Source: an uncultured Pseudomonadales bacterium
GTDB lineage: Bacteria; Pseudomonadota; Gammaproteobacteria; Pseudomonadales; Azotimanducaceae
Assembly: GCA_958295875.1 (NCBI GenBank)
Contig: OY282379.1
Location: forward strand, 2,569,046 to 2,633,045
Length of the DNA stretch: 64,000 bases
Reading direction: 5' to 3'
The stretch's first letter is position 1. Every line of letters begins with the position of its first letter. The notes under the pieces are model-generated. The model saw only the letters and a program-made list of their open reading frames with translations, did no database searches and was not told the origin of the DNA. Shown piece after piece: positions 1 to 8,006 of the stretch. The position numbers and the translations under genes are program-made.

Positions 1-225
1 TGCCATGCGAGCGCGATCAGCGCGGACGACTCGTTCGCGGAGTCCAAGTCGCTGCTTGTGGGGAAGTACATTGTGAGGAAGGGATCGATGACCGCCCGCG
101 AGTTCGCTTGGCGATCGACGCCAAATGGCCACCGGGCGAGCCACCATCCCTATTTTCGGTTAGGTCGCCAACCAATAGCGCCAACGTAACTAGAGTGAGA
201 GCCGAAGTCAACGCCTTGTGCGGGC

Positions 226-263
226 TTGTCAACGCAAAGCAGAGATGTCCCCTTTTTGCCGGC
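226..263 (+). repeat. Solo IS-end-like repeat (TTGTCAACGCAAAGCAGAGATGTCCCCTTTTTGCCGGC)
   Basis: Near-identical 37-38 bp copy at 21776..21812. Both resemble the reverse complement of the ISNCY-type element terminus at 3729..3781. Similarity between the two solo copies continues about 30 nt further, to ATGAAGCGCC / ATGAATGCGCC. Confidence 0.6.
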
Positions 264-1047
264 CGGCGCAGCCGATGAAGCGCCTGCGCGAACTGCTCGT
301 CTGGTCGCGTTCGGAACTGCTCCGGCAACGGGACGCCGCGCCCGAGCGGGAAGTGGAGTCGCAGTACTCGGGGTGACGGTGGCTGTGGGGTACGTATCCT
401 GCGGGTTGTACCGGCGTGGGTAGGGTCCCGTAAACGGTATGAATGCGACCTTCCAGAGCTTGCAGAGCTGCGAGACCAATTCCGAACGTCGTCAACTCGC
501 CAAGCCCGCGAACGGCCTTGGACGCGAGGGCATCGGATGCCGGCCTGTTGGGCAGCCACCTGACGGTTAACGATAGTGACCCGACGAGAGCCAATAGCCT
601 TGCGATTCCGCAAAATGGATGGCCGCGGTACTTTGGCGTCCAAAGTCGGCAGCGATCAACTGGCGGATTGCGCTAGCTGCAAAGTCCTGGCCATTGCCGA
701 ACGCTGGCTGTCGTTCTGGCGACCTTGATGACGCCGCTCAGTCCGTTCGTCCGCAGCCATCGAGCAGCGCGAAGCGGATGGCGTCGTAGAGGTCGGGCCG
801 GTGCCGAAATCCCAAAACAGCAACCAGCAAATGAGATGGTGGTGCCCAAGCCGAAGATCGGGGCGGCAGCGCCTGCCCCAATCGCGCCGAGATGCTGCAC
901 CTCGATGCCGCACTGAGATACTCGACCAATCGACGACGCGGCCCTGCGGCCCGATACGCAGGCGCACAACGACTGCAGCGATGTCGCGGGCCGAATCGGG
1001 CAAATGTCGCTAGCACCGCACACTCGCCGACGACCAAACTGGCCGGC

Positions 1048-2193
1048 ATGCACGAAGACGACATCTGTCGAACTGCATTCGCGGATGCCGACATGACGCG
1101 CGACCTGTTGGAACTGCTGCCAGAGGACGTCACGGCCGGGCTGGACCCTCGCCGACTGCGTCGTCTGCCGACCGAGCATGTCGCTTCAGGCGGGCAGCGC
1201 CGCCGCGCCGACATGGCTTGGGCGGTTGGAACCGTCGGTGGCCGGGCAGGGCGAGGGGACGAATTGCAAGGGAGCCTTCAGCCAAGGGGCGGGACGCGCC
1301 TCCCCTCGCAAGAAGAGGCTGGCGCCGCGGCCGGGTTGAAAGGGGAGGCATTGCTGGCGCTGGAGTTCCAGTCCTCGCCGGACCGCGCCATGGCGCTGCG
1401 CATGGAGATCTATGTGGCGCTGCTGCGCCAAGAGGTGGCCGCCGAGGGCGGACTGCGCGCCGGCGACCTGCTGCCGCGGGTGTTGCCGGTGGTGGTCTAC
1501 ACGGGAGGCCGGCGCTGGCGGCCAGAGACCCTCGACGAACTGACCGCGCCGACGCCAGTGGGTTGGGGCAACTGGCAGGCGCGGTTCGAGTTCCTTTGCC
1601 TTGACGCTGCGAACTTGACGGCGGAGGATGGACGCTCGAATTCAGTCGCCGCGCTGATGCGGCTGCTGGCGAGCCGGCGGGCGGAATCCGTGCCGGCGAT
1701 GGCGAAGGCGCTGTTCGAGGGGCTGCGGCCGGCCGGTTCGGGCACGGAGCGTCAGGCGTTTGCGAATAGACTGGCGCGGGCGCTGATGCAAATGCTGATC
1801 GCCCGCTTCGCCGGCGACGAGGAGAGCGACCGGCACCGACACCACATGCAGCAGGCGCTGCGTTACATGGAGGAACCCACCATGCTCGCCGAGGCAATCA
1901 CCGAATGGCGGCAGAACGCGATTGCGGAGGGTAGAACCGAGGGCAGAACTGAGGGGAGAGCCGAGGGCTTGAGGGAAGGCACGTCCGAGGGCAGGAGGAC
2001 ACTGCTACGGCGCTTGGCCGCCCGGCGCTTTGGCCTTGAGGCGGGGGACGAGTTCAGCTGGCTCCTAGCGGACGAAGAGGATGCCGATCGGCTGGCGCTT
2101 GCCGGCGACCTAGTGATCGACTGCTCAAGCGCGGAAGAATTGCTGCGCCGGGCGCGACGCTTGCTGAGGGGTGGCGACGGCGAAATGCGCTAG
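1048..2193 (+). CDS. Rpn family recombination-promoting nuclease / putative transposase (YhgA-like PD-(D/E)XK) with DUF4351-like C-terminal module, paralog type 1
   Basis: N-terminus MHEDDICRTAFADADMTRDLLELLP and core LLALEFQSSPDRAMALRM are typical of YhgA-like proteins. EGRT-type repeats are followed by LLRRLAARRFG...AEELL. The ATG at 1048 inside ORF 892..2193 was chosen from family N-terminal architecture. Confidence 0.75.
   Translation: MHEDDICRTAFADADMTRDLLELLPEDVTAGLDPRRLRRLPTEHVASGGQRRRADMAWAVGTVGGRAGRGDELQGSLQPRGGTRLPSQEEAGAAAGLKGEALLALEFQSSPDRAMALRMEIYVALLRQEVAAEGGLRAGDLLPRVLPVVVYTGGRRWRPETLDELTAPTPVGWGNWQARFEFLCLDAANLTAEDGRSNSVAALMRLLASRRAESVPAMAKALFEGLRPAGSGTERQAFANRLARALMQMLIARFAGDEESDRHRHHMQQALRYMEEPTMLAEAITEWRQNAIAEGRTEGRTEGRAEGLREGTSEGRRTLLRRLAARRFGLEAGDEFSWLLADEEDADRLALAGDLVIDCSSAEELLRRARRLLRGGDGEMR
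1869..1884 (+). promoter_or_regulatory. Internal in-frame ribosome-binding site plus ATG inside Rpn gene (candidate start of a small C-terminal Rpn protein)
   Basis: GGAGGA at 1869..1874, a 7-nt spacer, then ATG at 1882, in frame with the 1048 start. The same SD-7nt-ATG geometry recurs at 25277/25290 and 37705/37718 in the other Rpn paralogs. Confidence 0.45.
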
Positions 2194-2425
2194 TTCGCTG
2201 CACCGGCATTGCGCTGCCGCCAGCACTACGCTTGGCGCCCATGTCCCACGCAGGGCGACCGAGACGCGGAGGCGGCGGCAGCGATGGCGAAGGGCGGCAG
2301 GCTTTGCCACGAGACTGGCGCGGGCGCTGATGCAACTGCTGATCGCCCGCTTCGCCGGAGACGAGGAGAGCGACCGGCACCGACACCACATGCAGCAGGC
2401 GCTGCGCTACATGGAGGAACCCACC

Positions 2426-2734
2426 ATGCTCGCCGAGGCAATCACCGAATGGCGACAAAACGCAATCGCGGAGGGTAGAACCGAGGGCAGAACTGAGGGG
2501 AGAGCCGAGGGCTTGAGGGAAGGCACGTCCGAGGGCAGGAGGACACTGTTGCGACGCCAAGCCACCCGGCGCTTCGGCCTCGAGGCGGGGGACGAGTTCG
2601 GCCGGCTCTTGGCGGACGAAGAGGATGCCGATCGGCTGGCGCTTGCCGGCGACCTAGTGATCGACTGCTCAAGCGCGGAAGAATTGCTGAGCCGAGCGCG
2701 CCGGCTGCTGAGCGACGGATCGCTTATCGGTTGA
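2426..2734 (+). CDS. Stand-alone Rpn C-terminal (DUF4351-like) module, 102 aa
   Basis: GGAGGA at 2413..2418 with a 7-nt spacer to ATG 2426. It encodes MLAEAITEWRQNAIAEG...RRQATRRFGLEAGDEF...AEELLSRARRLL, a duplicate of the last about 103 aa of 1048..2193. Expression is unproven. Confidence 0.45.
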   Translation: MLAEAITEWRQNAIAEGRTEGRTEGRAEGLREGTSEGRRTLLRRQATRRFGLEAGDEFGRLLADEEDADRLALAGDLVIDCSSAEELLSRARRLLSDGSLIG

Positions 2735-2908
2735 CGATGGGCGTGGTCGGCCCTCTGCGGCCAAATCGGCCCGCAGCCTCAGCCCCACGCCAAGTTCAGC
2801 GCCACGAACTGCGGAGTCGTGCAATGCCGCTTGTAGTCGCGCATTGTGGTTCCGCTGGCACCCATTAGCCCGTTGGCCTACGGGAAGCTCCGCTGGCGAG
2901 TAGGTTCG

Positions 2909-3730
2909 CTAGAACAGGTAGAGCAAGTACAACAGCGGCAATGCAGCCCCATGGGGAACGAGCCGCGCGGCCTGCGCCGCCTTCGCCGCGTCCACCGGGT
3001 CCCGGACATCCTTCCCGCCAGCGACGGCAACCGCCGCCTCGCCTTCCGCCAGCACCCGGAACGCCAGCTTGCGCCCCTTGAGCAGCACCGACGCAGTGCC
3101 GTCGAAGCCCTTGCACACCGTCACCGCAGCGCCGCGGAGCCGGCGGCCCTTGCCTTCCCCGACCAGCTGGAACTCGCGCCGCTCGAACCTGAACGCCAAG
3201 TTCCTCGACAGCTTGCGGACATGGTGCTCGCAGAGGATCAGGTCCAGCTCCTCCGCGCCGTGCAGCACCACCGCGAAGCGGCGGTTGAAGTCCGCCATGA
3301 ACTCCGGCAGGCAGCTGTTCGCCGCCTCGATCCCGTCGATCCCCCGCAGCCGCATCTCCTTGACGAGCCGGTCCTGCAGCGTCAGGTTGGCGCGCTCCAC
3401 CCGCCCCTTCGCCTGAGGGGTGCTCGCGAACATCGGCCCGAAGTCCAAGTACCGCGCGCGAACCAGCGACGTCGCCGCCTGCCGAACCTCCGCGGCCAGC
3501 GCGTTGTTCGGGCGCTTGCCGCGGTGCCCCGACGCCACTCCCGCCGCGCCGCGTTCCCGGAGCCGCTTCGCCAGACGCTTCACCTGCCTCACGCTCAGGC
3601 CCAAGCGCTCCGCAGCCTCGCGCTGGCGCAGCCGCCCATCGACCACCGCCTGCGCCACCAACGCCCTGTCCGCCTCCGCCATCGTCATCGTCCCTTCGAC
3701 CTTCAATTCCCACCCCGGCGAAGTCGTCAA
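2909..3730 (-). pseudogene. ISNCY-family-like transposase, internally deleted
   Basis: The N-terminal HTH region is MTMAEADRALVAQAVVDGRLRQREAAERLGLSVRQVKRLAKRLRERGAAG...RARYLDFGP. It jumps directly to a C-terminal integrase-core tail (KGRVERANLTLQDRLVKEMRL...), so the DDE core is missing. The likely original ATG is at 3688. Confidence 0.65.
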
Positions 3731-3783
3731 AAGGGGACACTTTAGAATTGCAGGAAGGGGACATTACTGCTTTGCGCTAACAC
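2909..3783 (-). mobile_element. Degraded ISNCY-type insertion sequence, one terminus recognisable
   Basis: The terminus at 3729..3781 carries two GGGGACA boxes followed by CTGCTTTGCGCTAAC. No matching inverted copy was seen beyond the 3-prime end of the transposase ORF. Confidence 0.5.
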
Positions 3784-3905
3784 GCCTTGTGCAGGCTCAG
3801 CCGGTGGCGCGCCCAAGGAAGCCCTTGGGCGCGGCCGTTCGGTAGCCTGCGAGTTGGGAAAGGAAGCCTCGTTTGGCGGTGGCTATGGCGGCGTTGCGAA
3901 AGCAC

Positions 3906-4649
3906 CTACAGCTTCATCCGCTTGAGTATCCGTTCGGGAACGGCGCGGACGAGCAGCATGATTAGGCGCCAGACGCGGCGTATGTAAACGACGTCGCGGC
4001 GCCGATGAATCGCTGTGAGCACCGCGGCGGCGACCTCTTCGGGCGTCGCGGTTAGCTGCGCCGGCAGGTTCATCCCATCGGTCATGCGGGTGCGCACGAA
4101 GCCCGGCTTGACCGTCACCACATGGACGCCCGAGGCGGCCAGCCGGCCGCGCAGGCCGGAGAGGAACGCGGTGAACCCGGCCTTGGCGGAGCCGTAGACG
4201 TAGTTCGTGGCTCGGCCCCGTTCGCCGGCCACCGAGCTGACGCCGACGAGGACGCCGCTGCCGCGCCGCTCGAAGCGCTCGGCCAGCGCCCCCATCAGCA
4301 GCGCGGGGCCAACATAGTTGGTGCGCATCACCCGCTCGGCGGCGCCGCCGTCCCGCTGGCTTTCCGCTTGGTTGCCGAGCAGCCCGACAACGCACACTGC
4401 CACGTCGGGCAGGGGGTCGAGCGCGTCGAGCAACGAGACGCCGCCGTCCTCATCGAGCACGTCGCACGGGTGAGCGGTCACGGCGACCGCCGTGCGCACC
4501 CCGAGGTCTCGCGTCTCTCTCTCCAGCCGCCCGGCGTCGCGGGCCGCGAGCTGCAGCGCGCAGCCGTCCTGCGCCAGCGCATGCGCGATGACGCGGCCGA
4601 TGTCCGAGGTGGCGCCGATCACCAACGCTGTTTTTGGCCTGTCGTTCAC
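3906..4649 (-). CDS. SDR family oxidoreductase, DprE2-like (decaprenylphospho-erythro-pentofuranosid-2-ulose 2-reductase-like by context)
   Basis: It has a TALVIGATSDIGRVIA Rossmann motif and an SDR YGSAK catalytic motif (YxxxK). It shares an operon with DprE1-like and UbiA-like genes. Its start abuts the stop of the upstream GT-C gene. Confidence 0.75.
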   Translation of the reverse strand: MNDRPKTALVIGATSDIGRVIAHALAQDGCALQLAARDAGRLERETRDLGVRTAVAVTAHPCDVLDEDGGVSLLDALDPLPDVAVCVVGLLGNQAESQRDGGAAERVMRTNYVGPALLMGALAERFERRGSGVLVGVSSVAGERGRATNYVYGSAKAGFTAFLSGLRGRLAASGVHVVTVKPGFVRTRMTDGMNLPAQLTATPEEVAAAVLTAIHRRRDVVYIRRVWRLIMLLVRAVPERILKRMKL

Positions 4650-7351
4650 TGCGTGGCTTTCCCGTCATCCGCCGGCCCCACAACATTGAAGCGGCCCTCC
4701 CAGATGTGGCGCTCGCCGGCGTACTGGCCGGTGCGGATCTCCACGATGCCATAGTCCGGCAGTTCCCGCGTCGCCACGCAGACTCCTCCCTCGATGAAGC
4801 TGTGGTGCGCCACTGCGAAGTCGAGGTTGTCGAAGCCGTGTTGCCGGCGGTGGACGGGGAGGTCGTTCACCTCAACCGGGTCCAAGTGGAGGAAGAATGT
4901 CGGTTCGGCGTCCTCTCGGCTGCATTGGTCCTTGGCGTAGACGAGGCGGCCTTCGACGAGGTACACATCCCAGCCGGAGCGGATGACCGGCCGGTCGCCA
5001 GCCAGCGGCCCCGACGCCCAATCACCTGCTGGCATTGCCTCGAACCGAACCGGCGTGGCTCTCCCGCCATCCGCCGGCTCGACAACATTGAAACTGCCCC
5101 GCCAGATGCGGTGCTCGCCGGCGTACTGGCCGGTGCGGATCTCGGCGATGGCGTAGTCCGGCAGCTTCCGCGTCGCCATGCAGGCTCCTCCCTCGATGAA
5201 GCCGTGATCCGCGACTGCGAAGTCGAGGTTGTCGAAGCCGTGCTGCCTGCGGTGGCCGGGGAGGTCGTTCACCTCAACCGGGTCCAAGTGGAGGAAGAAT
5301 GTCGGTTCGGCGTCCTCTTGGCTGCATTGGTCCTTGGCGTAGACGAGGCGGTCTTCGACGAGGTACACATCCCAGTCGGAGCGGATGACCGGAGCGCGGT
5401 CTCCGACCAGCCTGGCCAAGTAATCGCCTGCCGGCATCATTTCAACCCCCACCGGCGGGAGCGCGTCGCGGGGCAGTATGTGCGCGGCCACGCACAGCCC
5501 CGTCTGCATTCGCGTCCAGGAATTGACGACCGTTCCATCCGACGGTCCGGGCCAGTGCCATGCGACCAGTTCATTGGGATCGCATTCTTGGCCGATGGCC
5601 TGCACCAGCCGCCCGTCGACGAGGAGCCCGACGCCGTCCGCTTGGTACTCGAAGTGCGGCGCCATCCTGTTCCAGATTCGAGTGGCGGCGTTGTCATCTT
5701 CCGGGGGCTCGATGGGCCATAGATAGAACTCTTGTCCAGATGCGCTGATTAGTGAACCTTCAAGAAGCGCCTTGCCTTTAAAGCCCACTTTCGTCAGGTT
5801 GGCGAAGTGAGTGATCCCGAGTTCTCGATAGAGGGGAATGAACTTTTCGCGCCATATGGCGTATCCGCCTCCATCCGCGTCTGTCGCGTGAAAATAGTCA
5901 TAGGAGCTGACCAGACCATCCAAGTTCACCACAGGAAAGCGTGAGAAGTACCCGATGATGCCGGCGTCCCAAGACCCGACCACGCTGTCCTCGGGGAGCG
6001 TGCGATTCATAAGCTGCGTACCGCCGTAGACGGCTGTACCGTAAGTGTCAGGTCTGGTTGAGCTGCTGCTCGCTTCAACCCCCCGGAACGGGGCGGCGAA
6101 ATCCGCCTTTGCGAACAGGAAGACCGCGCCGGCAACGACGACGCCCAGGCTCAGGGCATTGGCCGCGCGGTGCGACTTCGGCCCGATGAAACGGCGGATG
6201 AAGTGAATGGCGACATGACATCGCGCCGGAATGATCAGCGCCATCATCAGGTACGCCGGGACGAAATACCAAGGGAAGTCCCCTTGGATGGAAGGATGCA
6301 CGGTGAGGACGGTCTGCCCGAACTTGGCCAGATGGCCGGCCGCCAAGCCGGACACGCCCGCCAAGAAGGCCAGCAGAAGCCAGTCCTCCCGGTTGCGGGA
6401 CCGGCGGGCGAACCACCAGACCAGCAGCAGGTAGGCACAGACCTCCAGCGCAACCCACAGTTCAAGGTCGAAGACGTCGCTCTGCAAAACGTCCAGCAAG
6501 TTCTGCGTCAGGCTGTAACCGCCTTCCCGCTCCCATTCGGCCTGCGACCAGGCTGCCTTAGTCGCGCCACTCACCGGCAGGACGCTGCCGAAGACGAGCC
6601 AGTTGTAGGCGAAGTACACCAAAATGCTGGCGCCGGCGGCGAGAAGGGGGATGGTCGCCTTGACGGAGAGCGCTGATCGGGCCCGCTCTCCGATTGGCGC
6701 GCCGGGCGCTCGCTCCCGCCTCGACCACTCGACGAACCACAGCGCCGCTGTTGCCGCCACCGATATGGCGATGTACTCCAACCGCACCCAAGGCAGGGCG
6801 AAAGCGACCGCGGCGAGCGGCCACTTCCAACGCGCCGGGCTGCGCGCGAAGAGGCACGCGGTGAGAATGAACAGGCCCAGCATGAACAGCGCCGCCGCCG
6901 CTTCCATCCCCTGAATCAGCCCTGGCTGCTGGTAGAGCATCGGCAGGGCGGCGAACATCAGATACCACGGCATGCGCGCCAAGCGGGCGGCCGCGGCGAC
7001 GAGGGCCACGCCGCCGGCGACGAGCATCACCTCGAACGCCTTGATGGCGAACAGCGCCGCTTCCTTGTCGAGTGCCCAGTAGAACGGCGTGATGAGAAAC
7101 AGCCAGAGGGGGTGGTATCCGTTGGTGCGCGTGATGCCGCCGTCGAAGGTGGAGAACTTCCCCTCGGCGAGGTTGCTGGCGATCTCGAAGTAGTAGAAGG
7201 CGTCGTCCGCGTTCACGCCGCGGATCAGGTCGATCAAGTCGAAGCGGGCGAGCATGTGCCAAGCTAACCCGGCCCCGTAGGCTAGGACTCCCCCGATGAA
7301 CAGGACGAACAGCGCGTTGCGCAGAGTGGTCAGCTTGTCCATGTCCCTCAC
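4646..7351 (-). CDS. GT-C-like polytopic membrane glycosyltransferase (arabinosyltransferase-like by context) with two C-terminal 131-134 aa tandem repeats
   Basis: There are many predicted TM helices. An ADDAFYYFEIA motif (DD in the first extracytoplasmic loop) follows TM1. The N-terminal part, about 650 aa, is homologous to 10451..12940. The C-terminal tandem repeat is VIRS[D/G]WDVYLVE..LVYAKDQCS.EDAEPTFFLHLDPVEVNDLP. Confidence 0.8.
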   Translation of the reverse strand: MRDMDKLTTLRNALFVLFIGGVLAYGAGLAWHMLARFDLIDLIRGVNADDAFYYFEIASNLAEGKFSTFDGGITRTNGYHPLWLFLITPFYWALDKEAALFAIKAFEVMLVAGGVALVAAAARLARMPWYLMFAALPMLYQQPGLIQGMEAAAALFMLGLFILTACLFARSPARWKWPLAAVAFALPWVRLEYIAISVAATAALWFVEWSRRERAPGAPIGERARSALSVKATIPLLAAGASILVYFAYNWLVFGSVLPVSGATKAAWSQAEWEREGGYSLTQNLLDVLQSDVFDLELWVALEVCAYLLLVWWFARRSRNREDWLLLAFLAGVSGLAAGHLAKFGQTVLTVHPSIQGDFPWYFVPAYLMMALIIPARCHVAIHFIRRFIGPKSHRAANALSLGVVVAGAVFLFAKADFAAPFRGVEASSSSTRPDTYGTAVYGGTQLMNRTLPEDSVVGSWDAGIIGYFSRFPVVNLDGLVSSYDYFHATDADGGGYAIWREKFIPLYRELGITHFANLTKVGFKGKALLEGSLISASGQEFYLWPIEPPEDDNAATRIWNRMAPHFEYQADGVGLLVDGRLVQAIGQECDPNELVAWHWPGPSDGTVVNSWTRMQTGLCVAAHILPRDALPPVGVEMMPAGDYLARLVGDRAPVIRSDWDVYLVEDRLVYAKDQCSQEDAEPTFFLHLDPVEVNDLPGHRRQHGFDNLDFAVADHGFIEGGACMATRKLPDYAIAEIRTGQYAGEHRIWRGSFNVVEPADGGRATPVRFEAMPAGDWASGPLAGDRPVIRSGWDVYLVEGRLVYAKDQCSREDAEPTFFLHLDPVEVNDLPVHRRQHGFDNLDFAVAHHSFIEGGVCVATRELPDYGIVEIRTGQYAGERHIWEGRFNVVGPADDGKATQ
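4649..5443 (-). repeat. Coding tandem repeat (2 x about 400 bp) forming the C-terminal domain pair of the 901-aa GT-C-like protein
   Basis: Unit 2 is 4649..5041 (131 aa) and unit 1 is 5042..5443 (134 aa). They are near-identical at the protein level. Confidence 0.85.
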
Positions 7352-7836
7352 AACGCGAGCCGCCGCGACAGTTCGGAGACGAACCTAGGATGGCCGCCAG
7401 CCGCCTCGGCGCGAACCGCCTCAAAGGCGCCGAGGCGGGGATAGCCTTCGCGCACCCGTTCCGGCGCGCAGTGGGCATCCTTGGCAAGATAGACGCGGCC
7501 GCCGTGGCGGTGGGTGATCTCGTCGAGGCCGTCGAGCAGCGTGGCGGTGCCGCTGCGCACCGGGAAGTCGAGCGCCAGCGTGTAGCCCTCCATGGGGAAC
7601 GACATCAGCCCATCCCCGGCGGGGCCGAATAGCTTGAGCACCGCCAGGAAGGAGCCTTGCCCCGACGCGGCGGCGCACTCAAGCAGGGCGGCCACGCCGG
7701 CCGCGCTCTCGCCTTTGGGCAGCACGCACTGGTACTGGACGAACCCCCGCCGCCCGTAGAGGCGGTTCCACGCCTCGATGCGGTCGAGGGGAAAGAAGAA
7801 GCGGTCGAAATGAACCGGCCGCGCCCCGGTGCGCAC
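7348..7836 (-). pseudogene. Truncated duplicate of DprE1-like FAD oxidoreductase (C-terminal 162 codons only)
   Basis: It differs from the last 162 aa of 12937..14274 at about 6 positions. The N-terminal FAD-binding two-thirds is absent. It keeps the same 4-nt overlap with the downstream GT-C start as the intact copy. Confidence 0.8.
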
Positions 7837-7887
7837 ACGTCTCCGCCCGCGCCGAAGTTCCTCCCGCGACCTGTTCGACCCCCACGT

Positions 7888-7971
7888 TCACAGTGCGGCT
7901 TTCCCATCATCCGCCAAGCCGCCAAGATCGAAGCCGCTCCTCCAAGTGTGATCCTCGCCGGGTGTGCGCCG
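7888..7971 (-). pseudogene. Relic of the 3-prime end of a VIRSDWDVYLVE-type repeat unit
   Basis: The translation RRTPGEDHTWRSGFDLGGLADDGKAAL-stop parallels the end of the 901-aa protein (TGQYAGERHIWEGRFNVVGPADDGKATQ-stop). Confidence 0.4.
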
Positions 7972-8006
7972 GTCAGCGCCGATTGCGCCGATAGAGCGAG
8001 AAGGCA

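Larger units (their letters stand above)
1768..2734 (+). repeat. Tandem duplication of the 3-prime (C-terminal module) part of Rpn paralog 1
   Basis: About 1770..2170 is repeated at about 2313..2712 (period about 543 bp). The translated copies are nearly identical (ARALMQ[M/L]LIARFAGDEESDRHRHHMQQALRYMEEPTMLAEAITEWRQNAIAEGRTEGRTEGRAEGLREG...). Confidence 0.85.

Noticed and set aside
1-890. Several overlapping ORFs of 60-200 aa on both strands. There is also a short ORF (266..370) just inside the solo IS-end repeat.
   Set aside because: No family motifs are present, and the frames overlap and conflict with each other. This is probably degraded IS or intergenic DNA. A possible gene start (MYFPTSSDLDSANESS..., minus strand near 70) runs off the window and cannot be assessed.
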